From Laetmonice hystrix (taxonomy: Eukaryota): a DNA stretch of 64,000 nt. The number at the start of each line of letters is the position of its first letter. Position 1 is the stretch's first letter. Location of the stretch: assembly GCA_965235115.1 (NCBI GenBank), contig OZ249436.1:5334001-5398000 (forward strand), read 5' to 3'. Under the pieces are notes generated by a model. That model made no database searches. It was not told the DNA's origin and saw only the letters and a list, made by a program, of their open reading frames with translations. Both the position numbers and the translations under genes were made by a program. This document shows positions 13,690 to 25,300 of the stretch, one piece after another.

Positions 13690-15660
13690 ATAACTATGAC
13701 CCTAACTTCCACTATTACAAGTTATAGCCTTGAGACAATATTGATGACATCATTATGCCGTCATCGGTCACGTGAGCTGAAAAATAATGCCAAATAAAAG
13801 ATCATGACTTCCTATTAGCGTTTAATAGTAGGCTACAGGCGCGGATCCAGGATTTTTGCAGCGGCGGGGGGGTGGGGGGGGGGGGGGGGGGAGTCCGAAG
13901 GATGCGAGCCGCTGGGGGAGGGGGCAATACTCTGGCCAGTCTGGGGCCCTTCCCCGATAACATACTTATAGCAAAAACCTAAGTTGGTCCTGAGCAGGGG
14001 GGCCTACCCCCTGGAACCCCCCCCCCCCGATCCGTGCCTAGCTGTAGTAGGCCTATCACCCTAACCTCAGCCATTTACAAGTTATAGCCCTGAGAAAATA
14101 TTGATAACATCGTTATGACGTCATAGGTCACGTGACCTGAAAGATAATGGTGCCAAAATGAAAGAGCACATATGACTTCATATTAGCGTTTAATAGTATG
14201 GCTCTAACGTCAACCATTTACAAGTTATAGCCCTGAGAAAATATGGATGACATCATTATGACGTCATAGGTCACGTGATGTAAAAAATAATAGTACGAAA
14301 TGAAAGAGCATATATGACTTCCTATTAGTGTTTAATAGTAACTATGGCTCTAACTTGAACCATTTACAAGTTATAGCTCTGAGCAAATAAGAATGACATT
14401 ATGACCTCATAGGTCACGTGACCTGAAAAATAATGGTGTCAAATGAAAGCACATAGACCTCTATATATGACTTCCTATTAGTGTTTAATAGTAACTATGG
14501 CTCTAACTTCAACAATTTTCAAGTCATAACCCTGGGAAAATATTGATGACATCGTTATGACATCACAGGTCACGTGACCTAAAAAAAAGGTGCCAGATGA
14601 AAGAGCATGATTTCCTATTCATGTCTAATAGTAACTATGGTTCTAACTTCAACCATTTACAAGTTATATCCCTGAGAAAATATCGATGACATCATAATGA
14701 CGTCATAGGTCACGTGACCTAAAATATAATGGTGCCAAATGAAAGAGCATGTTTAATAGTAACTATGGCTCTAACTTCAACCATTTACAAGTGATAGCCT
14801 TGAGAAAATATGAATAACATCATTATGACGTCATAGGTCACGTGACCTGAAAAATAATGGTGCCAAATGAAAGAGCAGATATGACTTCCTATTAGCGTTT
14901 AATAGTAATTATGGCTCTAACGTGAACTGTTTACAAGTTATAGCCCTGAGAAAATATGGATGACATCATTATGACGTCATAGGTCACGTGATGTAAAAAA
15001 ATAATGGTACGAAATGAAAGAGCATATATGACTTCCTATTAGTGTTTAATAGTAACTATGGCTCTAACTTGAACCATTTACAAGTTATAGCTCTGAGCAA
15101 ATAAGGATGACATTATGACGTCATAGGTCACGTGCCCTGAAAAATAATAGTGTCAAATGAAAGAGCATATATATGACTTCCTATTAGTGTTTAATAGTAA
15201 CTATGGCTCTAACTTCAACAATTTTCAAGTCATAACCCTGAGAAAATATTGATAACATCGTTATGACGTCATAGGTCACGTGACCTGAAAAATAACGGTG
15301 CCAAATGAAAGAGCATATATGACTTCCTATTCGTCTTCAATAGTAACTCGGACTCTAACTTCAACCATTTACAAGTGATAGCCCTGAGCAAATATGGATA
15401 ACATCATTATGACGTCATAGGTCACGTGACCTGAAAAATAATGGTGCCAAATGAAAGAGCATATATGACTTCCTATTAGTGTTTAATAGTAACTTTGGGT
15501 CTAACTTCAACCATTTACAAGTTATAGCCCTGAGAAAATATTAATGACATCGTTATGACGTCATAGGTCACGTGACCTGAAAAAAATGGTGCCAAATGAA
15601 AGAGCATAGCTTCCTATTCATGTTCAATACTAACTATGGCCCTATCTGGTACTGTTTAGA
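13690..15660. repeat. ~146-bp tandem repeat (about 12 copies), internal to the HINE/Helentron 5' region
   Basis: TCACGTGA-like cores recur at about 14128, 14271, 14414, 14570, 14710, 14838, 14984, 15128, 15276, 15422 and 15568, with a detached copy near 13770. The consensus unit carries adjacent palindromes TATGACGTCATA and GGTCACGTGACC. Confidence 0.9.
13836..14040. mobile_element. Degenerate hAT-like MITE inserted in the 146-bp repeat tract
   Basis: CAGGCGCGGATC...GATCCGTGCCTA imperfect TIRs, G/C runs like the other MITEs. TSD unclear. Confidence 0.5.
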
Positions 15661-16132
15661 AGTTGTAGCCATAAATAGCTAAACTGGACACTTTTGAAAA
15701 CTTCAAGGTCACGTGATTCAGCCAATATAGGTCAAATCGCTTATCCTTGGATGTTTCTATTAAAACACTTGTTAGAGAGTGTTCCTGCCCAATATTGTCA
15801 AATTTTACCCATAAATGAAGAAGAAGTAGCGATTTAACCGATTTGTGACCTAGGACCCAGTTCTCCCTAAGGTCAAAGGTCAAAGGTCAAATGAAGGGTC
15901 AGTTTTAGGCTAGACCCTTGCCTGATCATAACGCCATGATAGATCTTGGAAATTCCCAATATGAACTTTAAAAATGGCCCTAAATATCCCAAACACGTTT
16001 GACGTCATGACGTTATGACGTGACGTCACGTGACCTCATGATTAATTGTGTGACCTGACTTTGTCATGGTCAAGATATGTGCCAAGTTTGATTGAGATAT
16101 CTTGAAAAATGACTGAGATAGAGGTACTGTTT

Positions 16133-16170
16133 ACGACTACTACTACTACTACTACTACTACTACAACTAC
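16133..16170. repeat. (ACT)n microsatellite of the HINE 5' region; homologous tracts at ~29945-29970 and ~34856-34899
   Basis: Read directly. A microsatellite just inside the 5' sub-TIR is typical of DINE-1/HINE elements. Confidence 0.9.
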
Positions 16171-16246
16171 GCAAAAAATAATAATAATAGGGAAGACGAA
16201 ACCAGACAATTTCTAAATCCCATCCCCTGGATAGGGGATGGGATAA

Positions 16247-16307
16247 TAATAGGGAAGACGAAACCGTACAATCTGAAGATCCCATCCCCCTGTAGGGGAT
16301 GGGATAA
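16247..16307 (-). mobile_element. 5' terminal 61 bp of an outer HINE, identical to 34969-35029
   Basis: TAATAGGGAAGACGAAACCGTACAATCTGAAGATCCCATCCCCCTGTAGGGGATGGGATAA, containing hairpin ATCCCATCCCC/GGGGATGGGAT and abutting satellite TTACACATCTAGAG. Confidence 0.85.
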
Positions 16308-19300
16308 TTACACATCTAGAGATGCTGCAGGCAGAAAACACCAGGGTGCAGCTCAGCTGACTGCACTGCCGCCTTCTGGCCAGCGGTGGAATCACCACGT
16401 ACACCTGGCCGGGCTGGCAGGCACCTGTGGGTCTGAGGCGAGAGACAGGTTAAAGCAATGATAAGCGCAAAATGGCTACATTTTTGATACGTCAATTTGA
16501 AACTACGCCCCCCAAAATTATGATTCTTCGGCCACATGTAGAACTGTCAAACGTATAGGTCTCGTACGTTCGCTACAGATATATGGTTGTGATGTGTACA
16601 CTTCCCATTTGAGTATCTTCTCCAGATTTTAACATTAGAATGTCGTCGCCTGTACCTTTCATTTCCAGCTACCTCACTGTAGTGTTTGCATGACTGCTAT
16701 AGGCCAGCCGGTAAAATGTTGGGACTTCTCACTCTACTGGTTGGCCTCCCACAATGCTTGGCCCCACAGTGTAATGTTTGGCCTCACTGTACACTTTGGC
16801 CTCAATGTAGTGTTAGCTTGGGTGGTAGGCCACCCACTATACCTTGTAGCGATTCCTCCCTCTACTGTTTGGCCTTCCGGTACCGTTTGCTTGTATACAA
16901 GTGTAGCCAGTAGTATAGGGACGCCTCATGTTTCATGTTTCCATGCCTTTATTGTCCAGAAGGCAGGCCATACGTTTCGTTTATCATCTACTCCAATCTA
17001 ATCTGTGTGCCCTACAGACCATCGGTAAGCGTCCGACAACGTTGTCAGGTCGTCGCAATGACTGTTTGCCGTAAAGGTTTTGTTAACAATGGCAAATGAC
17101 GTTGTACGCCTTTTCTATATCAGATTTCCTATCCCCAAGTAACAAACAAACAAAGATTACACATCTAGAGATGCTGCAGGCAGAAAACACCAGGGTGCAG
17201 CTCAGCTGACTGCACTGCCGCCTTCCGGCCAGTGGTGAAATCACCACGTACACCTGTACGGGCTGGCAGGCACCTGTTGGTCTGAGGCGAGAGACAGGTT
17301 AAAGCAATGATAAGCGCAAAATGGCTACATTTTTGATACGTCAAATTGAAACTACGCGCCCCAAAATCATGATTCTTAGGCCAGATGTAGAACTGTCAAA
17401 CGTATAGGTCTCGTACGTTCGCTACAGATATATGGTTGTGATGTGTACACTTCCCATTTGAGTACCTTCTCCAGATTTTAACATTAGAATGTCCTCGCCT
17501 GTACCTTTCATTTCCAGCTACCTCACTGTAGTGTTTGCATGGCTGCTATAGGCCAGCCGGTAAAATGTTGGGACTTCTCACTCTACTGGTTGGCCTCCCA
17601 CAATGCTTGGCCCCACAGTGTAATGTTTGGCCTCACTGTACTCTTTGGCCTCACTGTAGTGTTCGCCTGGGTGCTAGGCCACCCAGTATACCTTGTAGCG
17701 ATTCCTCCCTCTACTGTTTGGCCTTCCTGTACCGTTTGCTTGTATACAAGAGTAGCCAGTAGTATAGGGACGCCTCATGTTTCATGTTTCCATGCCTTTA
17801 TTGTCCAGGAGGCAGGCCATACGTTTCGTTTATCATCTACTCCAATCTAATCTGTGTGCCCTACAGACCATCGGTAAGCGTCCGACAACGTTGTCAGGTC
17901 GTCGCAATGACTGTTTGGCGTAAAGGTTTTGTTAACAATGGCAAATGACGTTGTACGCCTTTTCTCTATCATTAAGGATACCGATCCTATCCCCAAGTAA
18001 CAAACAAACAAAGATTACACATCTAGAGATGCTGCAGGCAGAAAACACCAGGGTGCAGCTCAGCTGACTGCACTGCCGCCTTCTGGCCAGCGGTGGAATC
18101 ACCACGTACACCTGGCCGGGCTGGCAGGCACCTGTGGGTCTGAGGCGAGAGACAGGTTAAAGCAATGATAAGCGCAAAATGGCTACATTTTTGATACGTC
18201 AATTTGAAACTACGCCCCCCAAAATTATGATTCTTCGGCCACATGTAGAACTGTCAAACGTATAGGTCTCGTACGTTCGCTACAGATATATGGTTGTGAT
18301 GTGTACACTTCCCATTTGAGTATCTTCTCCAGATTTTAACATTAGAATGTCGTCGCCTGTACCTTTCATTTCCAGCTACCTCACTGTAGTGTTTGCATGA
18401 CTGCTATAGGCCAGCCGGTAAAATGTTGGGACTTCTCACTCTACTGGTTGGCCTCCCACAATGCTTGGCCCCACAGTGTAATGTTTGGCCTCACTGTACA
18501 CTTTGGCCTCACTGTAGTGTTAGCTTGGGTGCTAGGCCACCCACTATACCTTGTAGCGATTCCTCCCTCTACTGTTTGGCCTTCCGGTACCGTTTGCTTG
18601 TATACAAGTGTAGCCAGTAGTATAGGGACGCCTCATGTTTCATGTTTCCATGCCTTTATTACCCAGGAGGCAGGCCATACGTTTCGGTTATCATCTACTC
18701 CAATCTAATCTGTGTCCCCTACAGACCATCGGTAAGCGTCCGACAACGTTGTCAGGTCGTCCCAATGACTGTTTGCCGTAAAGGTTTTGTTAACAATGGC
18801 AAATGACGTTGTACGCCTTTTCTATATCAGATTTCCTATCCCCAAGTAACAAACAAACAAAGATTACACATCTAGAGATGCTGCAGGCAGAAAACACCAG
18901 GGTGCAGCTCAGCTGACTGCACTGCCGCCTTCCGGCCAGTGGTGGAATCACCACGTACACCTGTACGGGCTGGCAGGCACCTGTGGGTCTGAGGCGAGAG
19001 ACAGGTTAAAGCAATGATAAGCGCAAAATGGCTACATTTTTGATACGTCAAATTGAAACTACGCGCCCCAAAATCATGATTCTTAGGCCAGATGTAGAAC
19101 TGTCAAACGTATAGGTCTCGTACGTTCGCTACAGATATATGGTTGTGATGTGTACACTTCCCATTTGAGTACCTTCTCCAGATTTTAACATTAGAATGTC
19201 CTCGCCTGTACCTTTCATTTCCAGCTACCTCACTGTAGTGTTTGCATGGCTGCTATAGGCCAGCCGGTAAAATGTTGGGACTTCTCACTCTACTGGTTGG

Positions 19301-22300
19301 CCTCCCACAATGCTTGGCCCCACAGTGTAATGTTTGGCCTCACTGTACTCTTTGGCCTCACTGTAGTGTTCGCCTGGGTGCTAGGCCACCCAGTATACCT
19401 TGTAGCGATTCCTCCCTCTACTGTTTGGCCTTCCTGTACCGTTTGCTTGTATACAAGAGTAGCCAGTAGTATAGGGACGCCTCATGTTTCATGTTTCCAT
19501 GCTTTTATTGTCCAGGAGGCAGGCCATACGTTTCGTTTATCATCTTCTCCAATCTAATCTGTGTGCCCTACAGACCATCGGTAAGCGTCCGACAACGTTG
19601 TCAGGTCGTCGCAATGACTGTTTGCCGTAAAGGTTTTGTTAACAATGGCAAATGACGTTGTACGCCTTTTCTCTATCATTGGGGATACCGATCCTATCCC
19701 CAAGTAACAAACAAACAAAGATTACACATCTAGAGATGCTGCAGGCAGAAAACACCAGGGTGCAGCTCAGCTGACTGCACTGCCGCCTTCTGGCCAGCGG
19801 TGGAATCACCACGTACACCTGGCCGGGCTGGCAGGCACCTGTGGGTCTGAGGCGAGAGACAGGTTAAAGCAATGATAAGCGCAAAATGGCTACATTTTTG
19901 ATACGTCAATTTGAAACTACGCCCCCCAAAATTATGATTCTTCGGCCACATGTAGAACTGTCAAACGTATAGGTCTCGTACGTTCGCTACAGATATATGG
20001 TTGTGATGTGTACACTTCCCATTTGAGTATCTTCTCCAGATTTTAACATTAGAATGTCGTCGCCTGTACCTTTCATTTCTAGCTACCTCACTGTAGTGTT
20101 TGCATGACTGCTATAGGCCAGCCGGTAAAATGTTGGGACTTCTCACTCTACTGGTTGGCTTCCCACAATGCTTGGCCCCACAGTGTAATGTTTGGCCTCA
20201 CTGTACACTTTGGCCTCACTGTAGTGGTAGCTTGGGTGCTAGGCCACCCAGTATACCTTGTAGCGATTCCTCCCTCTACTGTTTGGCCTTCCTGTACCGT
20301 TTGCTTGTATACAAGAGTAGCCAGTAGTATAGGGACGCCTCATGTTTCATGTTTCCATGCCTTTATTGTCCAGGAGGCAGGCCATACGTTTCGTTTATCA
20401 TCTACTCCAATCTAATCTGTGTGCCCTACAGACCATCGGTAAGCGTCCGACAACGTTGTCAGGTCGTACCAATGACTGTTTGCCGTAAATGTTTTGTTAA
20501 CAATGGCAAATGACGTTGTACGCCTTTTCTATATCAGATATCCTATCCCCTAGTAACAAACAAACAAAGATGACACATCTAGAGATGATGCAGGCAGAAA
20601 ACACCAGGGTGCAGCTCAGATGACTGCACTGCCGCCTTCCGGCCAGCGGTGGAATCACCACGTACACCTGGCCGGGCTGGCAGGCACCTGTGGTAAAAGC
20701 CGGTAAAATGTTGGGACTTCTCACTCTACTGGTTGGCCTCCCACAATGCTTGGCCCCACAGTGTAATGTTTGGCCTCACTGTACACTTTGGCCTCACTGT
20801 AGTGTTAGCTTGGGTGGTAGGCCACCCAGTATACCTTGTAGCGATTCCTCCCTCTACTGTTTGGCCTTCCGGTACCGTTTGCTTGTATACAAGTGTAGCC
20901 AGTAGTATAGGGACGCCTCATGTTTCATGTTTCCATGCCTTTATTGTCCAGGAGGCAGGCCATACGTTTCGGTTATCATCTACTCCAATCTAATCTGTGT
21001 CCCCTACAGACCATCAGTAAGCGTCCGACAACGTTGTCAGGTCGTCGCAATGACTGTTTGCCGTAAAGGTTTTGTTAACAGTGGCAAATGACGTTGTACG
21101 CCTTTTCTATATCAGATATCCTATCCCCAAGTAACAAACAAACAAAGATTACACATCTAGAGATGCTGCAGGCAGAAAACACCAGGGTGCAGCTCAGCTG
21201 ACTGCACTGCCGCCTTCCGGCCAGCGGTGGAATCACCACGTACACCTGTCCGGGCTGGCAGGCACCTGTGGGTCTGAGGCGAGAGACAGGTTAAAGCAAT
21301 GATAAGCGCAAAATGGCTACATTTTTGATACGTCAAATTGAAACTACGCGCTCCAAAATCATGATTCTTAGGCCAGATGTAGAACTGTCAAACGTATAGG
21401 TCTCGTACGTTCGCTACAGATATATGGTTGTGATGTGTACCCTTCCCATTGGAGTACCTTCTCCAGATTTTAACATTAGAATGTCCTCGCCTGTACCTTT
21501 CATTTCCAGCTACCTCACTGTAGTGTTTGCATGGCTGCTATAGGCCAGCCGGTAAAATGTTGGGACTTCTCACTCTACTGGTTGGCCTCCCACAATGCTT
21601 GGCCCCACAGTGTAATGTTTGGCCTCACTGTACACTTTGGCCTCACTGTAGTGTTAGCTTGGGTGCTAGGCCACCCAGTATACCTTGTAGCGATTCCTCC
21701 CTCTACTGTTTGGCCTTCCTGTACCGTTTGCTTGTATACAAGTGTAGCCAGTAGTATAGGGACGCCTCATGTTTTATGTTTCCATGCCTTTATTGTCCAG
21801 GAGGCAGGCCATACGTTTCGTTTTTCATCTACTCCAATCTAATCTGTGTCCCCTACAGACCATCGGTAAGCGTCCGACAACGTTGTCAGGTCGTCGCAAT
21901 GACTGTTTGCCGTAAATGTTTTGTTAACAATGGCAAATGACGTTGTACGCCTTTTCTCTATCATTGGGGATACCGATCCTATCCCCAAGTAACAAACAAA
22001 CAAAGATTACACATCTAGAGATGCTGCAGGCAGAAAACACCAGGGTGCAGCTCAGCTGACTGCACTGCCGCCTTCTGGCCAGCGGTGGAATCACCACGTA
22101 CACCTGGCCGGGCTGGCAGGCACCTGTGGGTCTGAGGCGAGAGACAGGTTAAAGCAATGATAAGCGCAAAATGGCTACATTTTTGATACGTCAATTTGAA
22201 ACTACGCCCCCCAAAATTATGATTCTTCGGCCACATGTAGAACTGTCAAACGTATAGGTCTCGTACGTTCGCTACAGATATATGGTTGTGATGTGTACAC

Positions 22301-25300
22301 TTCCCATTTGAGTATCTTCTCCAGATTTTAACATTAGAATGTCGTCGCCTGTACCTTTCATTTCCAGCTACCTCACTGTAGTGTTTGCATGACTGCTATA
22401 GGCCAGCCGGTAAAATGTTGGGACTTCTCACTCTACTGGTTGGCCTCCCACAATGCTTGGCCCCACAGTGTAATGTTTGGCCTCACTGTACACTTTGGCC
22501 TCACTGTAGTGTTAGCTTGGGTGGTAGGCCACCCACTATACCTTGTAGCGATTCCTCCCTCTACTGTTTGGCCTTCCGGTACCGTTTGCTTGTATACAAG
22601 TGTAGCCAGTAGTATAGGGACGCCTCATGTTTCATGTTTCCATGCCTTTATTGTCCAGGAGGCAGGCCATACGTTTCGGTTATCATCTACTCCAATCTAA
22701 TCTGTGTCCCCTACAGACCATCAGTAAGCGTCCGACAACGTTGTCAGGTCGTCGCAATGACTGTTTGCCGTAAAGGTTTTGTTAACAGTGGCAAATGACG
22801 TTGTACGCCTTTTCTATATCAGATATCCTATCCCCAAGTAACAAACAAACAAAGATTACACATCTAGAGATGCTGCAGGCAGAAAACACCAGGGTGTAGC
22901 TCAGCTGACTGCACTGCCGCCTTCCGGCCAGCGGTGGAATCACCACGTACACCTGTCCGGGCTGGCAGGCACCTGTGGGTCTGAGGCGAGAGACAGGTTA
23001 AAGCAATGATAAGCGCAAAATGGCTACATTTTTGATACGTCAAATTGAAACTACGCGCTCCAAAATCATGATTCTTAGGCCAGATGTAGAACTGTCAAAC
23101 GTATAGGTCTCGTACGTTCGCTACAGATATATGGTTGTGATGTGTACCCTTCCCATTGGAGTACCTTCTCCAGATTTTAACATTAGAATGTCCTCGCCTG
23201 TACCTTTCATTTCCAGCTACCTCACTGTAGTGTTTGCATGGCTGCTATAGGCCAGCCGGTAAAATGTTGGGACTTCTCACTCTACTGGTTGGCCTCCCAC
23301 AATGCTTGGCCCCACAGTGTAATGTTTGGCCTCACTGTACACTTTGGCCTCACTGTAGTGTTAGCTTGGGTGCTAGGCCACCCAGTATACCTTGTAGCGA
23401 TTCCTCCCTCTACTGTTTGGCCTTCCTGTACCGTTTGCTTGTATACAAGTGTAGCCAGTAGTATAGGGACGCCTCATGTTTTATGTTTCCATGCCTTTAT
23501 TGTCCAGGAGGCAGGCCATACGTTTCGTTTATCATCTACTCCAATCTAATCTGAGTCCCCTACAGACCATCGGTAAGCGTCCGACAACGTTGTCAGGTCG
23601 TCGCAATGACTGTTTGCCGTAAAGGTTTTGTTAACAATGGCAAATGACGTTGTACGCCTTTTCTCTATCATTGGGGATACCGATCCTATCCCCAAGTAAC
23701 AAACAAACAAAGATTACACATCTAGAGATGCTGCAGGCAGAAAACACCAGGGTGCAGCTCAGCTGACTGCACTGCCGCCTTCTGGCCAGCGGTGGAATCA
23801 CCACGTACACCTGGCCGGGCTGGCAGGCACCTGTGGGTCTGAGGCGAGAGACAGGTTAAAGCAATGATAAGCGCAAAATGGCTACATTTTTGATACGTCA
23901 ATTTGAAACTACGCCCCCCAAAATTATGATTCTTCGGCCACATGTAGAACTGTCAAACGTATAGGTCTCGTACGTTCGCTACAGATATATGGTTGTGATG
24001 TGTACACTTCCCATTTGAGTATCTTCTCCAGATTTTAACATTAGAATGTCGTCGCCTGTACCTTTCATTTCTAGCTACCTCACTGTAGTGTTTGCATGAC
24101 TGCTATAGGCCAGCCGGTAAAATGTTGGGACTTCTCACTCTACTGGTTGGCTTCCCACAATGCTTGGCCCCACAGTGTAATGTTTGGCCTCACTGTACAC
24201 TTTGGCCTCACTGTAGTGGTAGCTTGGGTGCTAGGCCACCCAGTATACCTTGTAGCGATTCCTCCCTCTACTGTTTGGCCTTCCTGTACCGTTTGCTTGT
24301 ATACAAGAGTAGCCAGTAGTATAGGGACGCCTCATGTTTCATGTTTCCATGCCTTTATTGTCCAGGAGGCAGGCCATACGTTTCGTTTATCATCTACTCC
24401 AATCTAATCTGTGTGCCCTACAGACCATCGGTAAGCGTCCGACAACGTTGTCAGGTCGTACCAATGACTGTTTGCCGTAAATGTTTTGTTAACAATGGCA
24501 AATGACGTTGTACGCCTTTTCTATATCAGATATCCTATCCCCTAGTAACAAACAAACAAAGATGACACATCTAGAGATGATGCAGGCAGAAAACACCAGG
24601 GTGCAGCTCAGATGACTGCACTGCCGCCTTCCGGCCAGCGGTGGAATCACCACGTACACCTGGCCGGGCTGGCAGGCACCTGTGGTAAAAGCCGGTAAAA
24701 TGTTGGGACTTCTCACTCTACTGGTTGGCCTCCCACAATGCTTGGCCCCACAGTGTAATGTTTGGCCTCACTGTACACTTTGGCCTCACTGTAGTGTTAG
24801 CTTGGGTGGTAGGCCACCCAGTATACCTTGTAGCGATTCCTCCCTCTACTGTTTGGCCTTCCGGTACCGTTTGCTTGTATACAAGTGTAGCCAGTAGTAT
24901 AGGGACGCCTCATGTTTCATGTTTCCATGCCTTTATTGTCCAGGAGGCAGGCCATACGTTTCGGTTATCATCTACTCCAATCTAATCTGTGTCCCCTACA
25001 GACCATCAGTAAGCGTCCGACAACGTTGTCAGGTCGTCGCAATGACTGTTTGCCGTAAAGGTTTTGTTAACAGTGGCAAATGACGTTGTACGCCTTTTCT
25101 ATATCAGATATCCTATCCCCAAGTAACAAACAAACAAAGATTACACATCTAGAGATGCTGCAGGCAGAAAACACCAGGGTGCAGCTCAGCTGACTGCACT
25201 GCCGCCTTCCGGCCAGCGGTGGAATCACCACGTACACCTGTCCGGGCTGGCAGGCACCTGTGGGTCTGAGGCGAGAGACAGGTTAAAGCAATGATAAGCG

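Larger units (their letters stand above)
1..16246 (-). mobile_element. Putative large, possibly autonomous Helentron: 5' terminus at 16246, extending leftward off the window
   Basis: HINE-type 5' end on the minus strand (TTATCCCATCCCC-loop-GGGGATGGGAT, then (GTA)n, conserved body and ~146-bp repeats). No matching 3' end was found to its left, and a same-strand Helentron-like ORF lies downstream at 2411-3. Continuity between the two is inferred. Confidence 0.5.

Noticed and set aside
16308..17156. Possibility that the monomer is a tandem 5S rRNA, snRNA, SL RNA or tRNA gene unit
   Set aside because: Only short chance-level matches were seen (GGCCATAC, an AATTTTGG Sm-like heptamer on the minus strand) and no recognisable RNA gene. 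An Infernal/Rfam scan would be decisive.
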